Assembly: GCA_963712115.1 (NCBI GenBank)
Contig: CAVQGX010000003.1
Coordinates: 65,443-129,442, forward strand
DNA from: an uncultured delta proteobacterium
Lineage (GTDB): Bacteria > Desulfobacterota > Syntrophobacteria > BM002
DNA length: 64,000 bases
Direction of reading: 5' to 3'
A model generated the notes under the pieces. It was not told the DNA's origin. It saw only the letters and a list, made by a program, of their open reading frames with translations, and did no database searches. Positions 1 through 11,285 of the stretch are shown here, one piece after another (within the stretch, counting starts at the first letter, position 1; each line of letters starts with the position of its first letter). The position numbers and the translations under genes were made by a program.

Positions 1-1800
1 CTTTCCTGGCCTATATTTGTCATGGCCAGCGTTGTTCTCTTTTACGGTGGCAGCAACATCTATCGCCGGGCCTGGGCTGGCATTAGCACCGCCGCCTTTA
101 GTATGGAAACGCTTATAACCGTGGGTTCATTCAGTGCCTATTTCTACAGCATCTTTGGGTTGATAAGGGGCAGTATACACCTCTACTTTGACACAGCCTC
201 CATGCTCGTCACCCTTGTGCTCTTAGGGAAATTGCTTGAGAGAAAAGCCAAAGACGAAGTCCAAGAGGACCTGGCGAATTTTTTCTCCCTTCGCCCCACC
301 AAGGTTAAAATCTGCTCGGAACATTATCCACAAGGCCGCTATGTAGACGCAAAGCACTTGCACAGAGGCGATACCTTTAAAGTGGAAGAAAACGAGATAC
401 TCCCTGCCGACGGCCTCATACTTGGGGGCGAAGGCTCCGTGGACGAGTCTTCTCTTACCGGTGAACCTCTGCCTATTACAAGAAAAAGTGGAGACCGAAT
501 AAAGAGCGGCAGCAGGGTCATCCAGGGGATTTTTACCATTAAAGCTGAAGGGGTGGGTGAGGACTCCATCGTTGGTCAGATGATTACCATTATGGAGCAG
601 GCCCTGAGCAAAAAGACACCCTTTGAGGGAAAGGCTGAGCGTGCTTTGCAGTGGTTTGTGCCTGTCATCCTCGCCCTGGCTGCAGGAACCGGCCTGGTCT
701 GCCTGTTTTTAGGACTTACTCTCGAGGAGGCGCTGATCCGGGCGGTCACGGTCACAGTCATTTCCTGCCCTTGCACCCTGGGTATTGCTATTCCAATGGC
801 CCGGGTGGCGGGCATATCTCTGTCAGGCAGGGCTGGGATTTTAGTCAGAGACTTCACCTCCTTCGAACAGGCAGGCAGAGTGGACTCTTTCGTCCTAGAT
901 AAGACCGGAACAGTTACCAAAGGTCAGTGGTCACTTTTGAGAATTGTTCCAGTTGGACCTCTTTCTGAGAAAGAATTACTGGGATTGGCTGCATCGTTGG
1001 AAAAGGAGTCTGATCATCTGGTTGCGAAGGAGATCATCAGAGAAGCAGCAAAACACCGAGCCGAACTGGTTACCCTTCAAGGAGTGGAAGTATTTGAAAA
1101 TGGAATATCAGCGCTCTTGAACGGAGACAGGGTTAAAATAGGATCTAGAGGATTTCTCGCCGATGAAATTAAGGGCAGTTCTCATCTAACCCTACTCGAA
1201 AACAAACCTGAACACTCCCAGGTCTTTCTAAGCTTTGCCCATAAGGTCTGCGGTGTTTTCATATTTGGCGACGAGATAAAGTCCACCTCCACCCAGACAG
1301 TTAAGACTCTACGGGAAGCCGGATACCAGGTTGCCCTGATTTCCGGCGACGACGACCTGACAACCAAAACAATTGCTGCTGAAATGGGAATCGAGGAGGC
1401 ACGGGGAGGGAGACTGCCCCAAGAGAAGGCAACCTATATTTCTGCATTGCAGCAACAAGGTCGCCAGGTCGCCATGGTTGGAGACGGCATAAATGATGCC
1501 CCTGCCCTTGTACAGGCTGATTTGGCCATAGCGGTTCATTCCGGCAGCCATCTGGGCAAAGAGGCGGCGGATCTCACTCTCATGCGAGGAGATCCCCTGC
1601 AAATATGTGATTTTATCGACTTGGCCAAAAAGGTTAAAAGCAAGGTCCATCAAAACCTTGGCTGCTCCTTCATCTACAATCTGGTCAGCATCCCTATTGC
1701 CATGAGCGGCTTGCTCACCCCCCTCATTGCAGTCTCTGCCATGCTACTGAGCAGCCTGAGCGTTATTGGCAATACGCTCCTGCTTCTTAAAAAGGACTAA
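1..1800 (+). CDS. Heavy-metal translocating P1B-type ATPase (Cu-type), 5' end outside window
   Basis: TGE, CPC, DKTGT, GDGINDAP motifs; YN and MxxSS in C-terminal helices. Confidence 0.92.
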   Translation, partial: LSWPIFVMASVVLFYGGSNIYRRAWAGISTAAFSMETLITVGSFSAYFYSIFGLIRGSIHLYFDTASMLVTLVLLGKLLERKAKDEVQEDLANFFSLRPTKVKICSEHYPQGRYVDAKHLHRGDTFKVEENEILPADGLILGGEGSVDESSLTGEPLPITRKSGDRIKSGSRVIQGIFTIKAEGVGEDSIVGQMITIMEQALSKKTPFEGKAERALQWFVPVILALAAGTGLVCLFLGLTLEEALIRAVTVTVISCPCTLGIAIPMARVAGISLSGRAGILVRDFTSFEQAGRVDSFVLDKTGTVTKGQWSLLRIVPVGPLSEKELLGLAASLEKESDHLVAKEIIREAAKHRAELVTLQGVEVFENGISALLNGDRVKIGSRGFLADEIKGSSHLTLLENKPEHSQVFLSFAHKVCGVFIFGDEIKSTSTQTVKTLREAGYQVALISGDDDLTTKTIAAEMGIEEARGGRLPQEKATYISALQQQGRQVAMVGDGINDAPALVQADLAIAVHSGSHLGKEAADLTLMRGDPLQICDFIDLAKKVKSKVHQNLGCSFIYNLVSIPIAMSGLLTPLIAVSAMLLSSLSVIGNTLLLLKKD

Positions 1801-2260
1801 TCCACTTTGTCAGTTGTCCGTGGTCCGTTGTTAAAGACGCAAAGCGCATAGCGTATGCGGCGAGACGGGCGAGACGGGAGGTCGGGCGAGACGAGGATTT
1901 AAACGCGGAAGTCGGAACGGGGAACGTGGAATTCTTTTCTGTGCTTGTGGCCAACGGGCTAAACCGGTATAGGGCATAGATTGAAGGACTTTAAATTTGC
2001 CCTATGCTCCATGCCCTATGCCCCATGCTCAGTTCTACTGACTACTGACTACTGGCTACTGGCTACTTAATTCTTTGATTTCGGACTGCGGATTGGGGAT
2101 TGCGAAACTTGGAGATATGGGATGTGAGATTTCGGATTTCGGACTGCGGATTGGCGGATGTTCAGCGATTTAAAAGATCAATAACCTATAACCCATTACC
2201 TTAACTTTAGACATTTTAGACATTTTAGCTCACTTTAGGCATTTTAGGCATTTCCTACCC
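1800..2260. repeat. Intergenic patchwork of 7-9 nt periodic repeats
   Basis: (ctactga/ctactgg)n, ggcgagacg x3, ccatgct/ctatgcc runs, (cattttaga/gg)n. Confidence 0.75.
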
Positions 2261-2380
2261 TACCCCTTCCTTTTTTGACAGGCTATAATTTAATGTTTAG
2301 TATTTTCGAGATAAGAACGACCATATTATAGGAAATGCTGGTCAATGGGAGGTTTGGGCTAGCGGGGTGACAAGGAGGAG

Positions 2381-3565
2381 ATGATCATGGAAACAGGAAT
2401 GGACATCAAGAACATCGGGCTTCGGGGCGTCGTTGTTGCCAGTACTAATATTGGTGATGTAGATGGCTCTGTTGGGCGACTGGTTTACAGAGGTTATTTG
2501 ATTAAGGACTTGGCCGGCAAAGCCTCCTTTGAAGAGGTTGTTCATCTCCTGCTCAATACCATTCTACCTACCAGAGACCAACTCCGACTTTTCTCGGCCC
2601 AGCTCGCGGCGGAACGAGCAGTGCCTGCTGAACTAATTGCCGCACTCAAAACAAGGCCTAAAAACGCCTTGCCCATGGACATCTTGCAGGCCGGTGTCTC
2701 CATGCTCGCCCATCATGACCCCGAGGCTGATGATCCTTCCAGAGAAGCCAATCATCGGAAAGCGATCAGATTGGTTGCCAAATTGGCCACTGTTGTCGCC
2801 GCCTGGGAGCGCATCCGTACTGGCCAGGAACCCATTGAACCTGATCCCAGTCTAAGCCATGCCGCAAACTTCCTCTACATGATGAAAGGTGACGTACCTG
2901 ACGAGGATATAGCCGGTTTTTTTGACGCTGCCCTGGTAATGCACGCGGAGCATGGTTTCAATGCCTCAACTTTTGCCGCTCGAGAAATTGCCTCCACCCG
3001 AGCGCACATTTACGCTGCGGTAGCGGGTGCTGTTGGTTCCCTTTCCGGTGAATTGCACGGTGGTGCCAACACCCGGGTGATGGAAATGCTCATCGAGATC
3101 GGCTCACCCGACCGGGTGGAAAGTTATGTCAAAGAACAGTTTGATCAGGGCGAGAGGATCATGGGGTTAGGGCATGCTGTCTACAAGGTAGACGATCCCA
3201 GGGCGTTGATTCTGGCTCCCATGTCGAAGATCGTGGGTGAAAGGTTTGGGGATACTAAATGGTACGAGATGTCGGCACTCCTTGAAAAGGTAGCCAAAGA
3301 AGAGTTCAAGAAGCGCAAAGGCAGGGACATTTTTACCAACGTGGATTTCTACAGCGCCTCACTTTATTACATGATGGGCATTCCCATGGATCAATATACT
3401 CCTATTTTCGCCATCGCCAGGGTCGCCGGCTGGACAGCCCACATAATAGAAGAGCAATTTGCTGAAGCGGCGCCAAAGCCAATGCTCTACCGCCCCGAAT
3501 CCGACTATGTGGGAGAATATTGCGGTCCCGAGGTCTGCGAGTTTGTCTCCATCGACGATCGCTAG
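2381..3565 (+). CDS. Citrate synthase / 2-methylcitrate synthase
   Basis: GLRGV, HAEHGFNAST, GELHGGAN, MGLGHAVYK, NVDFYS motifs; AGGAGG RBS. Confidence 0.93.
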   Translation: MIMETGMDIKNIGLRGVVVASTNIGDVDGSVGRLVYRGYLIKDLAGKASFEEVVHLLLNTILPTRDQLRLFSAQLAAERAVPAELIAALKTRPKNALPMDILQAGVSMLAHHDPEADDPSREANHRKAIRLVAKLATVVAAWERIRTGQEPIEPDPSLSHAANFLYMMKGDVPDEDIAGFFDAALVMHAEHGFNASTFAAREIASTRAHIYAAVAGAVGSLSGELHGGANTRVMEMLIEIGSPDRVESYVKEQFDQGERIMGLGHAVYKVDDPRALILAPMSKIVGERFGDTKWYEMSALLEKVAKEEFKKRKGRDIFTNVDFYSASLYYMMGIPMDQYTPIFAIARVAGWTAHIIEEQFAEAAPKPMLYRPESDYVGEYCGPEVCEFVSIDDR

Positions 3566-3879
3566 AAGAGGCAGATCTCTCGCCCGAGCCCTGCGGACTC
3601 TCGAGTCCTCAGAGAGCACAGAGAGAAATTGGGAGCAGACTCGGGGATCGCTTGAATACCCCGCAAGGCGGGGGATCCCGATAAATCGGGACTAATGGGG
3701 GGTCGTTGATGACCAGAATAAGCAAGCTTAAGCTGGTCATCAACATCTCCCCATTTATCCTTCAAGCGATCCCTTCACCAATTTTGCCATAATCCTTATA
3801 TTAATAAAGCTCTCTGAGGTCTCTGTGAACTCTGTGAGAGATAAAATTCTAACATTACGGTGAAACACGAGAAATAGTG

Positions 3880-4785
3880 ATGCGAGATAAAGCGGAAGCT
3901 ATGGTTCTGGCTTCTTTTGCTGCTGACTCCCTGGCCTTGGGGGTGCACTGGATTTATGATGCCCAGCAAATTTCCAACAAATATGGCCGGGTAGAGAAGT
4001 TCCTCGAGCCAAGAGAAGGTTCCTACCATCCCACCAAGGACAAGGGAGAATTCACCCACTACGGCGATCAGCAACTGGTTTTGCTGGAATCTGTGGCCGC
4101 CAAAAAAAAATTTGATCTCAACGATTTCTCCGAGCGCTGGCAACAACTTTTTCAAGACTACAATGGCTATTTTGATGGAGCTACCAAGGGAAGCCTGACT
4201 AATTTTTCAAAAGGCAAGGGTCCCCAGGATTCCGGTTCCCCTTCCAACGATCTGGCCGGTGCTTCCAGGATCGCCCCCTTGGTCTTCTGCTATAGAAACA
4301 ACCTGGACGAACTGGTTGTGGCCGCACGAGCGCAGACCAGGATGACCCATGGGGACCCTCTCACCGTCCACACTGCTGAGTTTTTCGCCAGGGTTGCCTG
4401 GAAGACTCTCAGAGGCGCTTCACCTTCAGAGGCAATTACTGAGGTCACCCGGAAGAACTACCCTGAGACTATTTTTGCTGAGTGGGTCCAGGAGGGATTC
4501 GAGTCAAAGGACATGGAAAGCGTATCTGCCATAGGCAGCTTCGGACAATCATGTCACACCCCGGTTGCCTTTCCCGGTGTCATCCACCTTATTGTCAAGT
4601 ACGAAAAAGACCTGAAAGAGGCTTTGGTCCAAGCCGTCATGGCAGGCGGTGACAACGCCGCCAGGGGCTTGGCAGTCGGCATGATCCTCGGGGCGCATTT
4701 GGGTGAACAACACCTTCCTGAGGAATGGGTAACAGACCTAAGAAAAGGTGGGGAAATTAAGAAACTTCTCCACCAGATCGGCTAA
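3880..4785 (+). CDS. ADP-ribosylglycohydrolase family protein
   Basis: ADSLAL, THYGDQ, MTHG, GGDNAAR motifs. Confidence 0.85.
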   Translation: MRDKAEAMVLASFAADSLALGVHWIYDAQQISNKYGRVEKFLEPREGSYHPTKDKGEFTHYGDQQLVLLESVAAKKKFDLNDFSERWQQLFQDYNGYFDGATKGSLTNFSKGKGPQDSGSPSNDLAGASRIAPLVFCYRNNLDELVVAARAQTRMTHGDPLTVHTAEFFARVAWKTLRGASPSEAITEVTRKNYPETIFAEWVQEGFESKDMESVSAIGSFGQSCHTPVAFPGVIHLIVKYEKDLKEALVQAVMAGGDNAARGLAVGMILGAHLGEQHLPEEWVTDLRKGGEIKKLLHQIG

Positions 4786-4798
4786 TCGAGGTCTGCTT

Positions 4799-5668
4799 AT
4801 GAAGCTCTTCCGACTGCCTATCATCTTCTCTTTGCTTATCCTTTTTTCTCTACCCATGGTTCTTTGCAGCCATGCTCCCGTAAATGATCGAATCCTTCGG
4901 GTAGCTGACGGCCAGATATTATCCCTGGCGGATATAGTCAAAGATCTCACCGAATCCCCTCTGGTTTTCGTGGGTGAGTTGCATACCGCTCAAAGCCACC
5001 ACCGTGCTCAATTGGAGACAATTCGCGCTCTGAAAAAGGCCAATGCTCCCGTGGCCATTGGCCTGGAGATGTTTAGGCGGGACAGCCAGTCAGATCTCGA
5101 CCTCTGGGTCAATGGGGAGTTGGCCGACAAAGAATTTGAGGAGATCTACTACAAAAACTGGAATTATCCCTACCCCTTGTACAAAGACATATTCCTTTAT
5201 GCCAGAGAGCATAAGATCCCCATGGTTGGGCTCAACGTATCACCCGAGGTAACCAAACAGGTTGCCCGTGAGGGCTTCGATTCTCTCACCCCGAAACAAC
5301 GTGGCGACCTGCCCATGGTGACCTGCCGGGTGGACCCCGAATATTTGGCCTTCATCCGGCGGTCCCTTGCCATGCATGGCCACGGCGGTATGGATTTTAC
5401 TAGATTTTGTGAGGCTCAGTTGGTCTGGGATACGGCCATGGCCTGGAGTCTTCTGCAGTATTTGGAAACTAACCCGAAATCCACCGTGGTAGTCGTAGCC
5501 GGCAGCGGCCATTCGTGGAAAAAAGGGATTCCGGCACAAATTCGCAGCAGATCTGAACTGCCATTTCGAGTAATCCTTCCTGAGGTAACCGGCAGAGTAG
5601 ACAAAGAAAATATTGCACTGAATGAAGCCGACTATGTGTGGTTGGAGCTGAAAAATAGGAGCCAGTAA
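4799..5668 (+). CDS. ChaN/EreA-like iron-regulated periplasmic protein
   Basis: Signal peptide; FVGELH, GLEMF, AQLVWDTAMA, GSGH motifs. Confidence 0.8.
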   Translation: MKLFRLPIIFSLLILFSLPMVLCSHAPVNDRILRVADGQILSLADIVKDLTESPLVFVGELHTAQSHHRAQLETIRALKKANAPVAIGLEMFRRDSQSDLDLWVNGELADKEFEEIYYKNWNYPYPLYKDIFLYAREHKIPMVGLNVSPEVTKQVAREGFDSLTPKQRGDLPMVTCRVDPEYLAFIRRSLAMHGHGGMDFTRFCEAQLVWDTAMAWSLLQYLETNPKSTVVVVAGSGHSWKKGIPAQIRSRSELPFRVILPEVTGRVDKENIALNEADYVWLELKNRSQ

Positions 5669-5896
5669 GGCATGGAGTAAAGCGAGAAGTGATGTCGGGC
5701 GAGACGAGCGAGACGGGATCAGAGGTCAGGGAATCCTATGCACTACACGCTGAAGAGTGAAGGGTCGGACTCGAAAAGGAATAATCCAAGAGGCAAGAAT
5801 ACAAAGAGTGATCTTCTCTTCTGGCTACTGTCTCCTGGCTCCTAACTCCTTGTTTTTTGCACTATGCCTGCCGCATTCTAAAATCTGGAATCAGTA

Positions 5897-6586
5897 ATGC
5901 CCAAATTCGTTTTGTTCGACATCGATGGTACCCTCGTTAGCTTGGACGGTGCTGGTAGTCGGTCTTTGAACCGGGCCATGGAAGATCTGCTCGGTATCCC
6001 GAATGGATTCCGCGAAATAAACTTTGCGGGAAAAACCGATTTACAGATTATTCGTGAAGGTTTGCAAAAATTTGATCTGCTGGATCGGGATGACTTACTC
6101 CATTCCCTCCTCGACCGCTATTTAGGTTATCTGCATACTGAGGTGGCTACCGGCAGGGGGCACGTAAAAGATGGGGTAAAAGAACTCCTCTTCAATCTCC
6201 AAGACTTAAGGGGTGTCTACCTTGGACTACTTACGGGAAACGTTGAGGCTGGGGCTAGGCTAAAGTTGAATACTTTCGGCCTTAACCGGTTCTTCCCTGT
6301 GGGTGCCTTCGGAGACGACAGCGAAGATAGAAATCTTCTTTTGCCCTTTGCAGTTAAAAGACTCCTGGAGGCGGAATCAATCGAGGTCAACTATGAGCAT
6401 TGTGTGGTCATCGGGGATACCCCGAGTGATGTTGAGTGTGCCCAGGTCCACAGAGCCTCTTCTATTGCGGTGGCCACCGGCACTTACTCCCTGGAGCAAC
6501 TAAAGAAGACCACCGCTGACCTTGTTCTCTCCGACCTTTCCAACACAGAGCAGATTTTAGAATGGATCTGCCGCAGAGAACGCTAA
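5897..6586 (+). CDS. HAD-superfamily hydrolase
   Basis: FDIDGTL motif I, LTGN, IGDTPSD motif IV. Confidence 0.9.
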   Translation: MPKFVLFDIDGTLVSLDGAGSRSLNRAMEDLLGIPNGFREINFAGKTDLQIIREGLQKFDLLDRDDLLHSLLDRYLGYLHTEVATGRGHVKDGVKELLFNLQDLRGVYLGLLTGNVEAGARLKLNTFGLNRFFPVGAFGDDSEDRNLLLPFAVKRLLEAESIEVNYEHCVVIGDTPSDVECAQVHRASSIAVATGTYSLEQLKKTTADLVLSDLSNTEQILEWICRRER

Positions 6587-6608
6587 CACAGGAATGGGCT
6601 AGGTCTTT

Positions 6609-7028
6609 TCAAAGCTCATATCTTCCTTCCAATTCGAGAATGAACTCGCCTCGTCTCTTTGCTGGTGTGATCTTGAAAGTGCCCTCTCCTTTGATGTTAG
6701 CTAGGATGCCAATACCGTTGTAGGTTTCCCATGTTCCTGCGCTAATTTTGGTAGTGCCGTCTCGGTGGCCTTCAAAGCAGCTCTGTACTGCACCGTGCTT
6801 GAAAGTGGCCTGGACGTAACCTTGCATGGGACCAGAGCCCTTAATCCGGTCATGAAATGTGACACTGCGGCGGGAGACAAACTCACCAGCCACCCCCGGG
6901 GTGAGTTCTATGGGTTCCCCCTCCATTTCGGTCAGGGTCAGAGTGTGGCCGGGCTTGTCGTGAACCTGGAGCGATGCTATTTTAGTAACCCGTAGCAGGT
7001 ATTTGTCCTTGCGTGTCTTCTCTTCCAT
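6609..7028 (-). CDS. Hypothetical beta-rich protein, paralog of 8117-8530
   Basis: Shares LQVHDxPGHTLTLTEMEGEPIE and RRSVTFHDR with the paralog; likely start MEEKTRK. Confidence 0.7.
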   Translation of the reverse strand: MEEKTRKDKYLLRVTKIASLQVHDKPGHTLTLTEMEGEPIELTPGVAGEFVSRRSVTFHDRIKGSGPMQGYVQATFKHGAVQSCFEGHRDGTTKISAGTWETYNGIGILANIKGEGTFKITPAKRRGEFILELEGRYEL

Positions 7029-7108
7029 ACCCTTCTCCTTCCCTTGCGTCATCCTTGAGCTTGTCGCAGTTGAACTGAAAGCTAAGAATTCCCTTTTTAA
7101 AGGCTGGC

Positions 7109-8044
7109 TTAGTTCACTAGTACTATCGTACAATCGCGAGCACTACGGAGGATCTTCGAGGCGCGGCTTCCCAGATCAACTTGGCTGCTGCCAGAGCCAC
7201 GCCTTCCGAGGGCCACTATGTTGTAGCCACCCCGCTCTGCTTCGGCGAGGATGTCCCGGGCGGTGCCGCTCCTGCGAGTTTGCATCTTTGTGCTGATTCG
7301 CTCTTCGGCAACGCCTGCTTTGGTAAGAGCTCCCCTCGCCTTGGCAAAGATACCTCCCATCATTTCTTCGTAGCCCCACTGCCATTTTTTCACCACCCCC
7401 CGCCGCTCCCCTCGCTCTGCCTTGTCCAAAATGTGGCCATCGTCCCAATAAGCAGGCGGTTTTGCCGGTATTACATTAAAGAAGGTAACCCGCACTTGGG
7501 GAAGCGGTCCAAGAGTCTGGGCCAGGTGGGCAGCGATCCGGTCAGCGTAGGCAGATTCATCCACTGCCGCCAGGATGTGGGGCGGTTGGAGTGGGAGGTT
7601 GCCGATTGCCCACAGAGGCTTCACCTCCGCGTATTTATAGATATTGTGAGTAGTAGCATCCGGAAGCAAGCGCTTAAGACCCGCAGGCTGCTTTCGGGCA
7701 AAAACGATGGCCATGATCTCTTCACTCTTGCCGGCATTAAGGATTTCCTGGACTTCATTCATACTTTCCAGCCTTGTCTCAGTGCTGATCCGTGCCCGTT
7801 TGTAACCCATCTGCAGCAGCGCACTGACCGCTTTGTCCAAGATCTGTTGGGTCTGTCTCTTCTGCACCTCTAGCCAGTCGCCGGTCTCGGTTGAGGTTGG
7901 AGGACGGGCCGGGAGGTGACTCTCAGTCACGGCTTGAAACAGATGGAAATGGGCCTCAGTTTTAAGGAAAAGACCACCCAGTTTTTCCAGGGCTTCAAAG
8001 GTGTCCTGTGAAGCGTCAACCCCGAGGAGGAATCTTTTGGCCAT
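7109..8044 (-). CDS. Tandem universal stress protein (USP)
   Basis: LLGVDAS, ILAAVDES, GRRG...LGSRASKIL motifs. Confidence 0.85.
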   Translation of the reverse strand: MAKRFLLGVDASQDTFEALEKLGGLFLKTEAHFHLFQAVTESHLPARPPTSTETGDWLEVQKRQTQQILDKAVSALLQMGYKRARISTETRLESMNEVQEILNAGKSEEIMAIVFARKQPAGLKRLLPDATTHNIYKYAEVKPLWAIGNLPLQPPHILAAVDESAYADRIAAHLAQTLGPLPQVRVTFFNVIPAKPPAYWDDGHILDKAERGERRGVVKKWQWGYEEMMGGIFAKARGALTKAGVAEERISTKMQTRRSGTARDILAEAERGGYNIVALGRRGSGSSQVDLGSRASKILRSARDCTIVLVN

Positions 8045-8116
8045 AACAAAGCCTCCTTACTAGTCATATCCCGACTTCTTCAGGTAGATGGGCAACAGAA
8101 CGCAGTCTTATCTGCT

Positions 8117-8530
8117 TTACGCTGCCTCATAGTCGCCCTCTAATTCGAGGATGTACTCGTTCCAGCGCTCCCCTGCAGTCACCCTGAATGTGCCCTCGCC
8201 TTTGAGGCCACCCAGTTTCCCGGTGGAGTGATAAGTCTTCCATGTGCCTGCGCTAACTTTTGTCTTGTGGTCACGCTCCCCTACGAAGCGGCTGTATGCT
8301 GATCCTTCTTGGAAATAGGCCATAACATAGCCCTGCATTGGCCCTGCCCCCTTGGTCCGGTCGTGAAAGGTCACACTTCGGCGGGTGACAAACTCGCCGG
8401 CCAAACCCGGTTCGTACTCAATGGGCTCCCCTTCCATCTCGGTTAGAGTAAGGGTGTGACCAGGAGTGTCATGAACCTGGAGCTCTTCTACCTTGGTGAG
8501 TCGAAGTAGATACCTGTCCTTTCTTTTCAT
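8117..8530 (-). CDS. Hypothetical protein, paralog of 6609-7028
   Basis: High similarity to the paralog; AAGGAG RBS. Confidence 0.72.
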   Translation of the reverse strand: MKRKDRYLLRLTKVEELQVHDTPGHTLTLTEMEGEPIEYEPGLAGEFVTRRSVTFHDRTKGAGPMQGYVMAYFQEGSAYSRFVGERDHKTKVSAGTWKTYHSTGKLGGLKGEGTFRVTAGERWNEYILELEGDYEAA

Positions 8531-9271
8531 AAGCAACTCCTTTCATCCATCCAATGGTGTTGGGCAGTGTCTAATGACTTCTCATCAACCCGTTGGTAGG
8601 TGATGCTGCAGAGCAGAACAGGAGGACTAGATGTGATTCAGAAGGTTTGAGAAAATCGCTTCAAAGGGAAGTGCTGGCCGGGATGGTTGACGGGCGGTCT
8701 CTTTCACTGGTGGTTCTGATCCAGATCTCGTGGTCGGCGAAATATACTGAGCTGGGCTGCACATTACGGCGCCATCACCCTGAATTCATTCGCTCCCAAA
8801 TAGAACGGGGTATGTTCTATTGGGAGCTTACAAAACCCGTTTTAAATTTCATATACCCCCCCTCAATTTCACTCTCTCTATTCTAGCCAGAAAGGCAAAT
8901 TTACTCAAACCATGCTACGACCAACGGCAGCCCATTGTCAAAGAGAAAAGCAGTATGATTTGATTTCTTTTGCTCCGCAGGATAACTAGACGGCCCCTTT
9001 CCCCTCAAGAGACTGTGTGGCAATTCGTCACTTTAACTGGATTCCGCATCTCGCCCGGCGAAGTCCGCCGGCGGCGGACTCGTCCGGAATGACTGTGACT
9101 TAGCCCGACTTGCCTTTTTCTTCCCCCGTGGTTATCAAAGTACATTGAAGATTGCAGATTTAAGATTGTAGATTTTAGATCTCTAAGTCCTATGACTCTC
9201 CCATGCTCCTTGATCAATCTGCAATCTACAATCTAGAATCATAAATCAAGGGTGGGTATTTCGCACCGAAT

Positions 9272-10384
9272 GTGAGTATTGATTCAATGGATCGGCGTAT
9301 GTTTTTAAGAAAATTTTTAGATCTGGGTAAGAAAGCAGCCTTTCTTCACGTCCTGGCTGGCTGCACTAATCTTAAGACTAGCGCTGCCCAAGGTAAAGAG
9401 GAAATAGCACCTTCACCCTTCAAAGACTACGGTTTGCGGGAACTGGCCCAAAAGAAACTCCATCACGGCAAGGAACGATTCATCAACCCTTTTAGTACCA
9501 AGGAACACGGTAACATGTTGCGCGTTCTCCACTGGAAAATGTTCAGTGAGAACAAGTTCAAGTCTCACTATGATGAGGAGAGAGTCATTCCGGTTTCCAT
9601 CGATTGGGAACCCATAAGAGATCACCGAAGTTTATCTGTCACCTTTGTTAAACATGCCAGCGTCATGATTAAAGACCAGGACCAGTACATCCTGGTAGAT
9701 CCGATCTTCTCCGAAATCTTTCGATTCATCAAGGATTTTACCCCACTGGACTTCGATCTAGAGGAAATACCACGGCCGGATCACGTCTTGATAAGTCATG
9801 GTCACTATGATCATTTGGACACCCGTTCACTTTCTTCCCTGAGCGGGGACACCCATGTTGTCAGTCCCCTTGGCTATGAAGACGTTTTCGCTGATGTCAA
9901 AATGACCAATCGCACCCAGCTGGACTGGTTTTCGACTTTTGAGGACGGTAGAAGGGAAATTACCCTCCTTCCATGCGACCACTGGACCATGCGCAACCCC
10001 ATCGAGGGACCAAACACCTCTCTATGGGGGTCCTATTTATTGAAGACCGCCTCAGGGCCTACTATCTATGTGTCTGCAGATACAGCCTACTTTGACCGCT
10101 TCCGAGAAATCGGTGAGGAGTACTCCATCGACCTGGCGATAATTAATCTCGGTGCCTACGAGCCCCGCTGGTTCATGGCAGGCAGTCACATAAATCCCAT
10201 GGAGACGGTTCAGGCTTTCAAAGAACTCGGGGCCACCCGCCTGATGATCGTACATTGGGGTACTTTCCGCTTGGGTGATGAACCGGTCCACTTCCCACCG
10301 CTTGATATCAAGAGAGAGATGGAAAAGGAAGGTCTCTTGGATCGCCTGGTTTATTTAGAACATGGTGAGACGCTATTTCTTTAG
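9272..10384 (+). CDS. MBL-fold metallo-hydrolase (NAPE-PLD-like) with Tat-like signal
   Basis: SHGHYDHLD, GAYEPRWFM, VHWGTF; N-terminal DRRMFL. Confidence 0.88.
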   Translation: MSIDSMDRRMFLRKFLDLGKKAAFLHVLAGCTNLKTSAAQGKEEIAPSPFKDYGLRELAQKKLHHGKERFINPFSTKEHGNMLRVLHWKMFSENKFKSHYDEERVIPVSIDWEPIRDHRSLSVTFVKHASVMIKDQDQYILVDPIFSEIFRFIKDFTPLDFDLEEIPRPDHVLISHGHYDHLDTRSLSSLSGDTHVVSPLGYEDVFADVKMTNRTQLDWFSTFEDGRREITLLPCDHWTMRNPIEGPNTSLWGSYLLKTASGPTIYVSADTAYFDRFREIGEEYSIDLAIINLGAYEPRWFMAGSHINPMETVQAFKELGATRLMIVHWGTFRLGDEPVHFPPLDIKREMEKEGLLDRLVYLEHGETLFL

Positions 10385-10641
10385 CCTGTAAATAGCGATG
10401 ATGAAAAGTACGGCTGAAAAAACAATTAATATATTCTGCAAGTCGCCTGTTCTAAAAAGGGTCGAAAGCCCGTAAAAGACCGCAGCAGCAGTCATTAAGC
10501 CCCAGAATTCCTTAGATTTTTTGCTAGCAAATAGCGCCATAGTCGGCTTCCATCTCCTTGCAGATTATATTTTTTTGCATTTGGAGGAGGTCTTATATCC
10601 TTTTCAGCATGCCAATAAACCTCCTAGTTAGCGGTATGGCT

Positions 10642-11262
10642 TTAGGGTAGCAGTTTGTTCTTCTTGAGGTCTTTTACCAGGGAGTCTATCACCGAGTCCA
10701 TAAGGGCGGTGTCCGACTTCGGGTTCAGCGTTCTGGATCGGGCGGACCACACTTTTTGCTCCGTTTTGGCATCGTAGAGATTTGTTTCCAACCGAACCTT
10801 TACCCGGGTGGTGTAATATTGCGGACCGGACCTGTACTCGTAGGCGGAGGAGAGATCAGGTATAGTTCCGCCGTGATAGTCGTCTGCTCGCGAGTATGTA
10901 GGCCCAGGGCTGGCCACCTCTTTTTCCTTTACAGCCAACAGATATGTCAAGAGGACACCATCGACTCCTGTTTTTTCAACTACAGCCAGGATGGTTTCTT
11001 TATCCATTTTTTGATCCTTTGACATTACCGAAGAACTCTCCACTGCCTTAATCCCACCTGCCTCAAGCCTTTCTACAAATTTCTCTTCAAAGGAGCGTCT
11101 TATGTCCTCTTGTTCTGCCACCCCGATGACCAAGAGATGGGAGTATTGCGAACCCCGGTATTTCGGATCTGTCCAGGTGCTGGTCAGCTTGGTGCTCGAA
11201 CAAGAAATTAGGAATAGACAAGTGAATGCGGCAATGGCTAAACGGTTCAGATACAGTTGCAT
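10642..11262 (-). CDS. Putative lipoprotein
   Basis: Lipobox LISC after a hydrophobic stretch; GGAGG RBS before MQLYL. Confidence 0.7.
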   Translation of the reverse strand: MQLYLNRLAIAAFTCLFLISCSSTKLTSTWTDPKYRGSQYSHLLVIGVAEQEDIRRSFEEKFVERLEAGGIKAVESSSVMSKDQKMDKETILAVVEKTGVDGVLLTYLLAVKEKEVASPGPTYSRADDYHGGTIPDLSSAYEYRSGPQYYTTRVKVRLETNLYDAKTEQKVWSARSRTLNPKSDTALMDSVIDSLVKDLKKNKLLP

Positions 11263-11285
11263 GAGTGAACCTCCTTTTTTCTCCA

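Noticed and set aside
7181-7873. 230-aa plus-strand ORF
   Set aside because: Antisense to the USP gene, with no motifs.
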